In this document: piece by piece, positions 13,668 to 27,520 of the stretch | Numbering within the stretch: position 1 is the stretch's first letter | How the letters are laid out: each line of letters opens with the position of its first letter | Source: Octopus vulgaris | Taxonomy: Eukaryota | Assembly: GCA_951406725.2 (NCBI GenBank) | Contig: OX597816.1 | Location: 107,508,001 to 107,572,000 of the forward strand | Direction: 5' to 3' | Length of the DNA stretch: 64,000 nt | The notes under the pieces: model-generated | The model's input: only the letters and a program-made list of their open reading frames with translations | Told to the model about the DNA's origin: nothing | Databases searched by the model: none | Translations under genes and position numbers: made by a program

Positions 13668-14050
13668 CGGCATGGCTGTGTGAAAAGAAGTTTGTTTCCC
13701 AACCACATGGTTCTAGTTTCAGCGTAGCACCTTAGGCAAGTGTTTTCTACTATAGCCCCGGGCCGACTAAATACTTATGTGTGGAGTTGGTAGACGGAAA
13801 CTAAAAGAAGCCCGTCATATATATGTGTGTGTGAATGTGTGTGTCTGCAGTTGTCTCCCTCCACCCCCACCCCCACCCACCGGTGTAGATTTGTTTACAT
13901 CGTCATAATTTATCGGTTCTGCAAAAGAGATCGATAGAATAAGTAACAAGGCTTTTTTAAAGAATAATTACTGGGGCAGATTCTTTCTATAAAAATCGTT
14001 CAAGGACGTGTCCCAGCATGGCCGTTGTTGAATGACTGGAGTAAATAAAA
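13668..14050 (+). mobile_element. tRNA-headed CORE-like SINE, family B (diverged copy)
   Basis: GGCATGGCTGTG...AACCACATGGTTC...CACCTTAGGCAAGTGTTTTCTACTATAGCC...GGTAGACGGAAACT...CAGCATGGCC. Confidence 0.75.
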
Positions 14051-14056
14051 AGTAAC

Positions 14057-14099
<43 letters not shown>

Positions 14100-14365
14100 G
14101 CCAGCCATGATCTTTCTTTCTTGGCCTGACTCTCGACCACCAACACCTCTTATGTCCAGCTCCTATGTTCCTGACTTTAGGCTTCCACTTCATACGCGCC
14201 AGCTCAATTTGATTCGTTCTCAGTTGAACGGCACCTGTTGTTATTTTCTTGTTTGTATTCGTAATTATGTACAATGTTCTCCGCTTTTGTCTTTGTTGCC
14301 GCACACATTCGCTAGCTTTCCTATCTGTCCGAATGTCTCATTGTCCTCTATTGCATTTTTGTTCC

Positions 14366-14492
<127 letters not shown>

Positions 14493-15056
14493 TGTGTGTG
14501 TGTGTGAGTGTGTGTGTATGTATACACTCATGTACATCTATAATATTATGTATATTTATATGATTATATTAGAGAAATGTTACAGATACAAAAAATTGAT
14601 AAATATAGATAGAATCACTGTCTGTCTGTCTGTTTGTCTCTCTCAGCATACATATATTTGTGTGTATGTATGTTTATATGCATATATTTATAGATTATAA
14701 TCTATAAATATTTCATATTCTATAAATATATTAACCATAAAAAATTTCCGCACTAGTCGTCTTATACTATAATTGGACTAAATTCATTGATTAATTATGC
14801 TTTCCCATTATTGATTACATACATATAAAGCGCTGATCTTAATACCATTATCGATGGAAGTCCTTGTCTATGATCCATAGCATCACAATTTCGGACCTAA
14901 TTGGTTTTATTTGCTTCGATATAGTTTTGTTCAAAGACTTTCTGGCGAATTGTTTATTACATTTATAACCGAGGCCCCTATAATTTCAACAACGAATATA
15001 TGACGGTAATTGTGCAAGATAACACAGCAAATGAATTTTTAAAATCTCTCTTTATC

Positions 15057-15134
<78 letters not shown>

Positions 15135-15161
15135 CATATATACATATACATATATAGATAT

Positions 15162-15192
<31 letters not shown>

Positions 15193-15193
15193 A

Positions 15194-15379
<186 letters not shown>

Positions 15380-16616
15380 CTATATATCCTGAGTCCTTTA
15401 TGTTTAATTTGGAATAGAAATGTTCCTAAATTCATTAGTCTATTAACGGTTAATGAACGTCTCGGTCTCATTATCTAATGAAGTAAGGGGAATAATTGCG
15501 TGCAATTTGTTGATTCTGCTGTTTCTCGCAATGAATCTTTGTTATAGGTATAAGTGATAAAATTGTTTATGACTTATAATGTCTACACGCATCATACAAC
15601 ATACCAGCTACTTTGTCAAAAGACGCTTCTCGTGGCCTTCAGAACTGAAGTTCTCTTCCACCGGTCATAATGTAGTCTATACACTTAAATAGACAAGATC
15701 GTTATGGGTTTCCTACTCAGGTTCACATTCCTATCATTCTACATGGCTAACAGCGAAAACACATTTGTTTCCGAACATAGCCACATCTCCCACAACAGAT
15801 ACATTAATGACAGTTACTGAGACAAATACGAATGTGATTAAGGAAAACCTGAAAAATGGTCGTGAAAATAAGTTTGTTTACGATCCAAAGTGGCTTTAGT
15901 ATAAATTCAAGCCAAAACATTAGTCCATTCTTAGATAGAGATATAGGAAATAACAATAATATTATAATATACCACTTATTATACAAAACTTACACAAAAA
16001 TATTTATATATCAGACGCGACAATGAGAGTGTTGATAGCTATAAAATATCTATAATAGGGTCTTAGATTAGCTTTTAAATTTTCATTTACAAAAACAAGT
16101 TTAAATGACAATATCTTACATGTAGAACAAATACTAATTAATAATGGGTATCCTTACAAATAAGTTGGCCCAACAACAGTACAATACAAGAAGTTTCCCC
16201 ACACAAATATAACAAAAGCTGCCCCGACAAATATTACATAAATCATACATATCGTATACTATAAGAACCAAATATGCTCTGGTTATAAACTGGATGAAAA
16301 TGTCATTAAAAATACTCGTAGAATAGAACATAGTATACGTCACACCGTTACAAAAATCACAGACTTATTGTATATATTTGTTCTTCATCTGACGATGAGC
16401 CTAGAAAGGTGTTGACACTATGTATGTATCTATATCAAACTGCTGTATGTTTTCAACAAGCGATCACATCAAACGAATTTCAAATATGATCAAGTTAGAT
16501 TATTTATAGTGATAGAGAGCATGTGCGGAAAACATTGGAATATTTATAAAATAATTATGCTTTAAGTATTTAATGAACAGGAATTTTTTTCCGCCCGTAT
16601 GTTTAAATTTAAACGA

Positions 16617-17190
16617 ATACATACATACATACATACATACATAATACATACATACATACATACATACATACATACATACATACATACATACATACATACA
16701 TACATACATACATACATACATACATACATACATACATACATACAAGATTCTAACATCAACTGGAAATCTCCATAGAAATAGTGATAACGACAGGCTATAC
16801 TTAAGAAGAGATAAAAGAAATAGAAGCTTGAGATCGGTGCAGACAGCATTCAAATGTCGCATAGTCTCTTTCAGACAGCACCTGCTAGACAACAGCACCA
16901 AAAATAAATACATTAACCGAATGGTGAAAAGTGAAGGAAACAATATCCTACGTGCGGGAAGCGAGCTTTCAACATGTATATATGTATGCATATGTATGTA
17001 TGTATGTATGTATGCATGTATGTATGTATGTATGTATGTATGTATGTATGTATGTATGTATGTATGTATGTATGTATGTATGTATGTATGTATGTATGTA
17101 TGTATGTATGTATGTATGTATGTATGTATGCATGCATGTACGTACGTACGCACGCATGTATGTATGTATGTACGTACGTACGTATGTATG

Positions 17191-17225
<35 letters not shown>
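16617..17225. repeat. (TACA)n and (TATG)n arrays in opposite orientation around a ~230-bp unique island
   Basis: Directly visible at 16617-16744 and ~16975-17225. Confidence 0.9.
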
Positions 17226-17226
<1 letters not shown>

Positions 17227-17240
17227 AATATATATATATA

Positions 17241-17635
17241 TCTCTGTATATATAAAAGTCAAGTTGTGTGCCTGTCTCCTACGATTTAGATTCCTAACTA
17301 CTCCCACATTTTGCGGTGCAGTTTAACCAAAACCGGGTATCTTATAGTCGTGATTCATATCGAGCCCTTCTGGGTATTAGCGCGCGTCTACGATGAGTCT
17401 ACGATTAAAAAAAAAATTACCATCATTTATCCATTTTAATGTATTTTTTCACTATTATATAAGGGAAGTAACTCTCTAAAAATGTCTACGATGAGTCAAC
17501 GTTTTAAAAAAAAATTACCATCATTTGTTTTCCATTTTTAATGCATTTTTTTGCTATTTTTTGGCTATAACTCTCTAAAAATGCTTATATAGTTATTTCC
17601 CTTACAAACCCGAGCAACGCCGGGCGATACTGCTA

Positions 17636-17636
<1 letters not shown>
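17241..17636 (+). mobile_element. Non-autonomous Helitron
   Basis: 5' TC(TCTG)TATATATAAAAG, a subterminal hairpin CCCGAGCAACGCCGGG and a 3' CTAG, inserted between A and T with no TSD. Confidence 0.85.
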
Positions 17637-17683
<47 letters not shown>

Positions 17684-18181
17684 AAAATTCACTAAAACAA
17701 AACAAAAGACGAAGACAGGTAGACAACAAGCAGATGTATCAGTTTAACGCTCGGGAAGTGAAAAAGTCGTTAGCGTTTCGAGCCTACGCTCTTCCACAGA
17801 AATGAACACAGAAAGAAACAGGGAGAGAAAATAAAGAATGTGTAGTGGCTAGCGATCTATCATAGTAAATGCCGGACAAAGGGGTCACACAAGAGAGCTA
17901 GGAAGAAGGGGAGATAATAAAGTAGTGGTGATCCCAAAACGAAGGTGTGCGTGCGTGATTATAAGAGAGCATGTATGTGCGCGTAGAAGAGGGATGGTGA
18001 CCTTGACGTGTATGTGCATGTGTAGGTGTGTGGATGATGGTGTGGTTTCTGGGAAGTGGTCAGTGCTAGTGTATGCGTGGCGGTGTGATGTGATGCGGTG
18101 TTGTGTGGTATGTGATGCGGTGGTGTGGTGTGGTGGTGTGTGGGGGTGGTGCGGTGGTGTGAAATCCTTGGTTCAGTTAAG

Positions 18182-18340
18182 TAGGAATGGCTGTGTGGTA
18201 AGTAGCTTGCTTACCAACCACATGGTTCCAGGTTCAGTCCCACTGCGTGGCACTTTGGGCAAGTGTCTTCTACTATAGCCTCGGGCCGACCAAAGCCTTG
18301 TGAGTGGATTTGGTAGACGGAAACTGAAAGAAGCCTATCG

Positions 18341-18371
<31 letters not shown>

Positions 18372-18580
18372 ATGTTTATGTGTCTGTGCTTGTCCCCCAC
18401 CAACATCACTTGACAACCGATGCTGGTGTGTTTACGGCCCCGTAACTTAGCGGTTCGGCAAAAAGAGCGATAGAATAAATACTAGGCTTACAAAGAATAC
18501 GTCCCGGGGTCGATTTGCTTGACTAAAAGCGGTGCTCCAGCATGGCCACAGTCAAATGACTGAAACAAGTAAAAGAGTAG
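18182..18580 (+). mobile_element. tRNA-headed CORE-like SINE, family B (near full length)
   Basis: A-box-like TGGCTGTGTGGTA, B-box-like GGTTCAGTCC, CORE-like CTTTGGGCAAGTGTCTTC, an internal microsatellite, and a 3' end ...GACTGAAACAAGTAAAAGAGTA. Confidence 0.85.
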
Positions 18581-19346
18581 AAGAATATTTGAGAAAGGAA
18601 AAGAATGACTTCGCTGGTAGTTCTAATCAATTCAATTTTTTGATTATATAATTTAACAGATGGGTTTGTAGATCTAGTAAGTTCTTTGTTAACTCCTTTG
18701 GGAAGGTTTTTTAAAGATTCCTTGTTAATTTTTCATTAGAAAGTACAAACCACTACTGAAAAGAAAAATGATATTCCATCCTCCAATAACGGAGTTCTCT
18801 CTTTCTTAGAAAAGATGCATACGCCAAATAGAAGTGGATGACACCCACACTTTCAATCTTTCGATCGTTGAAGAGTAGAACAACCCTAGGAGCTACACTA
18901 CCATTTCACTAATCCCCATCCCCCCAATATATATGTGAACTTAAATACTTGAGTAGTGTAGATACGTATAAATACGTGTATGTGTACGTATGCATATGTA
19001 TGTAGGTATACATAAATATACAAGTGTGAATGCATGTACAAATATATGGGTACGCATGAACTAGAAAATATATATATATATATGAATGTATGTATGTGTG
19101 TATGTTTGTATGTATGTATGTACATATGTATGTATCTATCTATCTATTTATATGTATACATATATGTATATATGTCTATGTTTATGTATATATGTATATA
19201 TAGGCATATGTGTGTGTATGCATATGTATCTGTTTATATGTACGTGTGTATGTATATATATGTATGTGTATGCATGTATGTATATATGCGTGGTTATATA
19301 TATGTATGTATATATGTATGTATGTATGTATGTGTGTATGCATATG

Positions 19347-19385
<39 letters not shown>

Positions 19386-19596
19386 TCGACCAAGCAGTAT
19401 TCGGTATGTAAAGACCATTTACGGTATATTTGAAGTATTAATTTATAAAAATATGGTAAAGTAAAAGAATTCACTTTACCACACACCGAACTTTTCAGAA
19501 ATTGCAAATAAAAGTCTCCAGACAATGCATACTCAGAAAAATAACTCACATAGGTGTAAGGGAAAAACAATGAAAGATCACATCCATATACGATAC

Positions 19597-19656
19597 CCGA
19601 GGACAGTCTGTTTCTGGATTTGTGGGTAAAACGCCACTTTTCCTTCATCAGCTCAG
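19597..19656 (-). ncRNA. Type I hammerhead ribozyme motif
   Basis: Minus strand reads CTGAG-CTGATGA-A-GGA-AAA-GTGG-CGTTTTAC-CCAC-AAA-TCC-A-GAAA-CAGACT-GTC-CTCGG. Confidence 0.75.
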
Positions 19657-20414
19657 AGATTTCTTCTGATTTAGATTTGAAAATACTAAGAATCAAACAT
19701 ACCCGTCCGATATCTGTAACATCGGACAAACCATGCCAGACACCCAGTACTAGCGAATCCAAAAATACGAATGAGATCTATTATTCTCCCTGTCCGCCCA
19801 CGTGAGTCATAGAGCATTCCATTTCTACAGAGGTAAAAACTGCAGTTCAAATTCTTGGAGAGATGAAGAAAAGTGGCGTTTTACCCACAAATCCAGAAAC
19901 AGACTGTCCTCGGGTATCGTATATGGATGTGATCTTTCATTGTTTTTCCCTTACACCTATGTGAGTTATTTTTCTGAGTATGCATTGTCTGGAGACTTTT
20001 ATTTGCAGTTGAAGAAATAGCCAAATTTTTGGCTGCTATTTCTGAAAAGTTCGGTGTGTGGTAAAGTGAATTCTTTTACTTTACCATATTTTTATAAATT
20101 AATACTTCAAATATACCGTAAATGGTCTTTACATACCGAATACTGCTTGGTCGAATTTATTAATAATTAATTAATTCGACCCCTTTTTTGATAACAATAT
20201 AATGCTTTCTCTCCAAGAATTTGAACTGCAGTTTTTACCTCCGTAGAAATGGAATGCTCTATGACTCACGTGGGCGGACAGGGAGAATAATAGATCTCAT
20301 TCGTATTTTTGGATTCGCTAGTACTGGGTGTCTGGCATGGTTTGTCCGATGTTACAGATATCGGACGGGTATGTTTGATTCTTAGTATTTTCAAATCTAA
20401 ATCAGAAGAAATCT

Positions 20415-20474
20415 CTGAGCTGATGAAGGAAAAGTGGCGTTTTACCCACAAATCTAGAAACAGACTGTCCTCGG
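20415..20474 (+). ncRNA. Type I hammerhead ribozyme motif
   Basis: Same motif as 19597-19656 with one C>T change that gives a G.U pair in stem II. GUC lies at 20467-20469. A copy truncated within the core lies at 19862-19913. Confidence 0.72.
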
Positions 20475-20658
20475 GTATCGTATATGGATGTGATCTTTCA
20501 TTGTTTTTCCCTTACACCTATGTGAGTTATTTTTCTGAGTATGCATTGTCTGGTGACTTTTATTTGCAGTTGAAGAAATAGCCAAATTTTTGGCTGCTAT
20601 TTCTGAAAAGTTCGGTGTGTGGTAAAGTGAATTCTTTTACTTTACCATATTTTTATAA

Positions 20659-20694
<36 letters not shown>

Positions 20695-20697
20695 TAT

Positions 20698-20916
20698 GAA
20701 AGTATGAGAGAAAGTTGTGACGAAAGAGTACAGCAGGGACCGCCACCAACCCCTGCCGGAGCCTCGTGGAGCTTTAGGTGTTTTCGCTCAATAAACACAC
20801 ACAACGGGCGTTGTGTGTGTTTATTGAGCGAAAACACCTAAAGCTCCACGAGGCTCCGGCAGGCGGTTGGTGGCGTCCCTGCTGTACTTTTCGTCACAAC
20901 TTTCTCTCATACTTTC
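20698..20916. repeat. ~108-bp-arm hairpin with a 2-nt loop, formed from a SINE-like repeat that continues to ~21045
   Basis: GAAAGTATGAGAGAAAGTTGTGACG...ACACACAACG-GG-CGTTGTGTGT...CGTCACAACTTTCTCTCATACTTTC. Confidence 0.9.
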
Positions 20917-21046
20917 TTCTGTTGGCCTGCTCGCTTAGCCAGCGGGGTGGCGTCATTTGAAGGCTAAAACACTGCAAAGCGCATTGTGACCAGCGATGTG
21001 TAGCAACATCTGATAGTCTGGTCGGTCACGGTGATCACGGTGATAT

Positions 21047-21087
<41 letters not shown>

Positions 21088-21590
21088 GTATGTATATTTT
21101 TTGCATGTTTATATGTAGAGAAGTAAATATGTGCGATAACATGGTCTCCCCCACCCCCTCACGAACCACTATAAAAAATACACTTCTATCAATAATTCCA
21201 AAACTAATCTTATTTTTTCTCTCTGCTATAATCCCTTTTTTACACCTCAGCACCCCATCAGACACACACCTAAACTCATCTTTAACAGAAACTTACTGAA
21301 GTTTCTCTTTATGAAATTAAGATAGTTGATTTAGCCATAAGAAAAGAATTTGAAAAATATCTGACCACTATATTTTCACCAAAGGTCATCTATTCCAATG
21401 GGACTAGCAGGAGAGGACTTCCACAAGCCCTTCATAAAACACTCCATAAACATCCCACCATCTCCCGTCTCCACTCTCAATCAATTATCCAATTTTACCA
21501 TTCACTATTTTCTTTCAGTTTTTGTTCATCAACACTCCTTCACTCCTACACTTATCAACAAACCTCAACCCCACCCCATACGCACCCAAA

Positions 21591-21850
21591 TCTATTATAT
21601 AAAATCCGTTCTGTCTGTGTGGGTGTCTTCTAGAATCTCGGGTATCCTCCATCCGGTTGCGCTCAAATTTGATATGTAGATACCGACGGTATCAGGGCTT
21701 GTATAAGTCTTGAAAAAATTACAAAAATAGATTCCAGGTGAGAATGCAATCGATAAAGCCGTGGGAACGTGCATTCGTACGCGCAAGTACATTAGTCGAA
21801 ATCCGTCTTTTGCTGGTGTCTCAAATTTAGGTTAAATCAGTGTTTCTCAA
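21591..21850 (+). mobile_element. Helitron 5' portion (3' end not found)
   Basis: A|TCTATTATATAAAATCCGTTCTGTCTGTGTG... resembles the 5' ends of the other two Helitrons in the window. Confidence 0.5.
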
Positions 21851-21959
21851 AGGAGAGGACGGTCGGACAAGTTGTTTTAAGCAAATTTGGTTTAAATGTT
21901 TGACAACTCAGCACCGTCCATTGGACGTGGGGGGTGGGTGGCATTTTGCTCGTCGTCTT

Positions 21960-22420
21960 ATATATGTTTTGGTAGGAATGTACCACCAGTACTTCTTGTG
22001 TTGATATTTGTGTACGTATTCTATAACAGCAGGGATTCTCTATATTTATTCCAGGACAGTCTATTTTTTCCCGAAAGGCATTGTTTTTGCGACAACGCCA
22101 TGTCGCATAGGTAGGTAATATATGGACGACATTTTTGGGCAGCTGCTAATTACATGTGTGATGTCTTCCACTGAAATATGGCGAAATCTACATTTTCGGT
22201 TGCATCTTGAAACTTTAAGGGCTTCATTGTCTCTTTTGCTGATTAGGTATTTTGTAGCATTCTCCTGTTCTTGGATTGCAAATGCATAGCCTTCGAAGTG
22301 TGATGTGATGTAGCGCTTACAAGTCCAAGAGAATCTTCGCTTCATGTCAGTGTTACTATCTTCTTCAAGGCTTCGGGACACATATCTATGCATGGTCTTA
22401 TTTTGGTATGTGGACCGTTT
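21960..22420 (-). mobile_element. R4/Dong-type (restriction-like endonuclease) LINE C-terminal fragment
   Basis: ITSHFEGYAFAIQEQE.ATKY...KCRF....EDITHVISSCPKMS..YYLPMRH.VVAK contains a decayed CCHC knuckle and RH motif, followed by EYVHKYQHKKYWW in another frame. Confidence 0.75.
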
Positions 22421-23306
22421 CACCTCCGGGTTTAAAATGTGACATTATTTTCGTTATCTACGTTCCAAAGATGGAGTTTTGTATCTTTGTTAGAAACCAG
22501 TTCCTTCTTCAGAGGAAGAATTTAAATGATAAAACATAGAAGAGAAAGATACGTACATACATGTATTTATACACGCACACGCACGCACGCGCGCGCACAC
22601 ACGCGCGCGCACACACACACACACGCACACACACACACACACACACACGCACACAAACACACACACACATACACACATATATAGACAGATAGATAGATGG
22701 ATAGATAGATAAATAGACAGATAGATGGACGGTTGGAGAGAAAGAGAGAGAGAGAGAGAGAAAGAAAGAAAGAGAGAGAGAAAAAGAAAGAGAGAGAAAG
22801 AGATGGAGAGGTACAATATTAAAAAAGAGCACGGAAAAGAGAATAGGAGATAGTAAGGTGGGAGAGAAATTGGAAAAGAGAGAAAGTGATATAAGGAGAG
22901 CGTAAAACGAAACGAACGAAATAAACCTATCAGAGGTGCAGAGATAACCAGATGCAAAAGGATGTTTGTTCTACAGATCTTCGCTGGAACAGGTTTTATT
23001 TGAAAATATATATAATTAGACGGAAACAGTCGTGAAAAGTAATAGGAGCAAAATCTGAACGGTTTATAAGGAGTAAAATTATACAATAGAATGAAAAGAT
23101 ATGAGCGAGTAAAGAAAGAGAAGGAAAGAAATACAATGTAGAACATTTGAAATAACACGGCCTTGCATCTTTGCCAAACTAATTGGAAATCAGCGCATTT
23201 TCTACCCGGAAAATATCCATCTATATATACATAAAACGCGCCCATACATACACACGTATAAATATATACATACATACACACACCCTTACATCCATATACA
23301 GACACA

Positions 23307-23359
<53 letters not shown>

Positions 23360-23994
23360 ATACCTTTAGGGCTGATAGGAAAGATTTGATTGGCGGATTT
23401 TGATTGAAGGCAAAAGATTTGATTGACGGCTACGCACACTAAAAGACGACCTTCAATCGGTGTTATCTTATTGACCTTTACCCCCAACCTCTCAAATTTA
23501 CTAAGTTTTTATTGACAAATACACATACAAGATAAACAAAAAACAAGAAAAAAACAAAAACAAAAAAAAACAAAGCCACTCTTATACTGGAGATCAGCCG
23601 TACCGAGAAAATGATGTTAGAATTTATGCATAAAATATATACGCCCTCTATGAAATTATTCATCCACGATTGGTTGTTGTGATAGTAACAATAACACCAT
23701 CAGAAAAAAGCTACTGAGAAGAAAGTTGCGGATGCGTTGAGCAACGTTCAATAAAAATCTGTGGATTCAAAGATTCGATACCATAGAAAGAATGTACTTT
23801 CAGTGTAATTGTTGATTTACAAGAAAGTAATTGATTCCCTTCTGTACTCGTAGATGATAGAGGCCCTTCAGCTCGTTAAAGTTTCAGAGACCACAAACAA
23901 AGTCATCGGCAACTTGACTTCGTTCTATACAGCCACCCTGAAGTCGAATGCTTGAAGTTATTGCAATTTCTTTGTATGGATAAAGTATCACTCT

Positions 23995-24203
23995 TTCTCT
24001 TTTACTCTTTTACTCTTTTACGTGTTTCAGTCATTTGACTGCGGCCATGCTGGAGCACCACCTTTTAGTCGAGCAAATCGACCCCGGGACTTATTCTTTG
24101 TAAGCCCAGTACTTATTCTATCGGTCTCTTTTTTTGCCGAACCGCTAAGTAACGGGGACGTAAACACACCAGCATCGGTTGTCAAGCAATGCTAGGGGGA
24201 CAA

Positions 24204-24240
<37 letters not shown>

Positions 24241-24409
24241 CATATATACGACAGGCTTCTTTCAGTTTCCGTCTACCAAATCCACTCAGAAGGCATTGGT
24301 CGGCCCGGGGCTATAGCAGAAGACACTTGCCCAAGATGCCACGCAGTGGGACTGAACCCGGAACCATGTGGTTGGTTAGCAAGCTACTTACCACACAGCC
24401 ACTCCTGCG
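23995..24409 (-). mobile_element. CORE-like SINE, family B (young, full length)
   Basis: Reverse complement of the 18182-18580 family, with a (TTTACTCT)n tail. Confidence 0.85.
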
Positions 24410-24787
24410 CCACTGGGGTATATTACAACAGAAGTTTTCTGCATTGTGCTGTTTATACATACAAGGAACCTCTTATCCTTTCCTTTTTTTTTGAGTAAAT
24501 TTGAATGGTATTTAAGTGGATCTCACGAAGACAGAAATACCGATCTGACACACAGTCACAATACTTTCAAAAGATACAGAGTGGAATTTGGTCATGATAA
24601 ATGCTCCTAACTGATTGCAAAACGAGGGAAAACAAACTACAAACTAATCTATTAGTAACTCCATCAAATTGGAAACTTAGAGGCGCGTTTCCAGTGAAAT
24701 TTCCGTTAAGTGTAATAAACTTGTTGCGACGGAAAAGAAAGAAAACAAATATTCTTATTAGAAATTAATATTTTACTTGCGGATGAA

Positions 24788-24960
24788 GGTGGCGAACTGG
24801 CATTTCGTCCGTCTTTATGTTCTGAGTTCAAATCCTGCTGGGGTTTACTTTGCTTTTTTGGGGTCGATAAAATAAGTACCAGTTGGACACTGAGTCGATG
24901 TAATCAATTTACCTTTTTCCCGAAATCGCTATCCATGTGCCGAAATCCGAAACCAATTAT
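24788..24960 (+). mobile_element. SINE family A (diverged)
   Basis: GGTGGCGAACTGGCA...GAGTTCAAATCC...GGGGTCGATAAAATAAGTACCAGT. Confidence 0.7.
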
Positions 24961-26324
24961 TAACTTGCAAATGCGAACATTTAATTTAAAATTTGCAAGA
25001 AAGATAACATTTACGGATAACTGCTTCGAACACTTTTGCACTTAGATTATAATGTACATTCATATCTATAATTATTGCTGCACTTTGGCTATGTAAAAAA
25101 ATATCTAATTGGTAATCTCGAAAAGTTAGATTTTCCAGGCATAAAAAATATCTCGCTAATTTGTATTTACATATACAATCTAAAAGCAGTACAATAAAAA
25201 AAATATGCAAGATATGTCTAAAGTTCAGCATGTAGCGTTTATCGTATTTATTATCCAGATTCCAACAATAGAACCTTGCTTCTTTACTTAAAAAATCCTA
25301 GTCCTTTTCTTACTGGAAGTATTCAAACTAAAAGGAATGAAGATACACCTATTTAATTACTTGCATAAAGAATTTTTTTGTCAGGTACAGGATTCAATTT
25401 TCGATTTAAACTAAACGTACAAGTATGTCACGAAGACAAGTTTACAGTAACAAAAATAACAGTTAATTAACCAAGCCCCTACTAGAAGTAGAACTGATGT
25501 TAACATGTTAAATTAGCTGTACGTAATAATTGAAAAAACGCCTTATTTATTTTCTCCCCCTAATATTTTAACATTTATATTGTTTTCTCGAACAAGTTCC
25601 ATGTATGTACATGCATTCATATCTACTTGTATGCAAATATACCTACCTACCTACAAACATACATACATATCCGTGCGCATAAATCTCCACCTACCTATCA
25701 ACCTACGTACATGCATATGTTCATACATGCATTCATACACCATATATAAATAATACATATCATCCACATACAAACTTACACATATGCATGTATGCATACA
25801 TAATTACAAACATATATGCATATATAATTACAATATAAGTATCTAAATTTACGCATGTATCAAAAAGTAGTAATGGTTATGTTACTACACATGTCTTAAT
25901 GTTTATCCCTTAGAAATGGGCTTTTTTTGCACGTAAAGAAACCCACCAGCTAACGCATACTTTGCAAAACAGATTGAAAGCAGATCAGTAAAACTGCAGA
26001 AGAGTTTTAAAACATTTAACAAGTAGCATTTCATCAATATTCCTAACTAAATTCCAGTGATAGAGCTTTGTTTCGTAGAAAATAATTCCTTCTCTATAAG
26101 AATAATTAAAAGGGTATTAGCGCATATACATATTGAGGTACAAATTCAACTTCTTTCCTTTAATTTTCAACAGAACAACAAACTATATGCTCCGAGGTGG
26201 GGAACATTCCGTTTGGTATGCCGGGCGAAATACAAGGATATAAGAACCAAGGAGGGACAACCTTTTTGTGGCAGTATGATGAAGCTTTACTTTTACAAAT
26301 TAAAAGACTTCTGGCTTATATTAG

Positions 26325-26680
26325 TTTCAAGTTTTGGCACAAGTCTAGCAATTTCGGCTGAAGGGTTTAAGTCGATTACATCACCGTGAGTAATTAACTG
26401 GTACTTATTTTTATTGACCCCCAAGAGTATGAAAGGCAATGTCGAACTCGGTGGCATTTGAACACAGAACGTAATGACGGGCGAAATGCCGCTAAGTAAT
26501 TTTCTCGCCGTGCAAAAGATTCTGCCAGCTCACCGCCTTACATGCAGCTTGCATTGGTTTCAAATTTTGGGACAAGACCAGCAATTTCGGATGAATTGTT
26601 AAAGCGATTACATCGGCCCCAGTGCTCGATTGGTACTTATTTTACCGATCCCCAAAGGACGAAAGGCAAAGTCAACATTG
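26325..26680 (-). mobile_element. Two SINE family A copies (one full, one partial)
   Basis: The full copy ends ...TCTGCCAGCTCACCGCC at ~26537. The second 3' piece spans ~26560-26680. Confidence 0.7.
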
Positions 26681-26984
26681 GCTGTCAATCTTCCAGGTGT
26701 AATCCACCTTTTTATGCATGAAGTTTTAGAGATCTTGTTATTGAGTAGTTTCAAATTTTATGTAACCGATCTTCAGATCGTGAGCGACAAGTTCCTCGAT
26801 TCTGGTGCTGGACAAAGCATTACTGAATTGAATTCTCAGAGAAGAGAACCAACACTCAATGTCTCATATTTTGCACGAGTAGGATGAAAAAATAAACGTC
26901 GTGAGGAAATGAACAAGATGAAAAACTGTTGCGGAAATGACTGAAAATTACCTACATTTTTATTTACCCCTCTATAACTCTCTT

Positions 26985-27289
26985 TCTTTCCCTCAATTTT
27001 TAGACATGTTTCAGTCATTTGACCTCGGCCATGTTGGGCAACGTTTAAACGGGTTTAGTTGATCAAAAAGCCGACTGCAGTACTTTTATTTTTAAAGTCA
27101 GTTAGTTATAATATCGCTTTCCTTTTGCCGAATCATAACGTAACGGAGAAGTAAACAAGCCAACATCACTGGTGAGGGGAGAGCGAAGACGCACGCACAC
27201 GCACACACACACATACACACATACGTATATATACATACGTACATATATATATATATGTATATATGTATATGTATATATGTACATATGTG

Positions 27290-27359
<70 letters not shown>

Positions 27360-27520
27360 CATGCACAATGGGGTTCCACAAAGCTTTTGTCTACCGAACT
27401 CACTCACAAGGCGCTGATCGGTTCGGGGTTTTAGAAGAAGGCACTTACCCAAAGTATCGCGTAGTGGAACTGAACCCGAAGCCACGTGCTTGCAAAACGA
27501 ACTTCTTACATTACATCCAC
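26985..27520 (-). mobile_element. CORE-like SINE, family B (old copy with expanded internal microsatellite)
   Basis: TGTTTCAGTCATTTGAC...GGCCATG...TTTTGCCGAA...GTAGTGGAACTGAACCCGAA. Confidence 0.65.

Larger units (their letters stand above)
19381..20661. mobile_element. Non-coding Penelope pLTR/retrozyme-like element: ~1.4 tandem copies of a ~561-bp unit (+) preceded by an inverted ~480-bp copy, flanked by (TA)n
   Basis: 19381-19862 is the reverse complement of the unit. 19862-20100 repeats at 20422-20661. The copies are nearly identical and contain three hammerhead motifs. Confidence 0.85.

Noticed and set aside
16389-16420. CTGACGA-TGAGCCTAGAAAGG hammerhead-like start (similar case at ~61209-61230)
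   Set aside because: The 3' half is missing or too degenerate.
18182-18245. tRNA-like A/B boxes here and at 43205 and 60118
   Set aside because: These are SINE heads with no full cloverleaf, followed by repeat bodies.
19620-20581. Identical duplicated 61-90 aa ORFs on opposite strands
   Set aside because: They result from the inverted and tandem repeat structure and show no recognisable protein motif.
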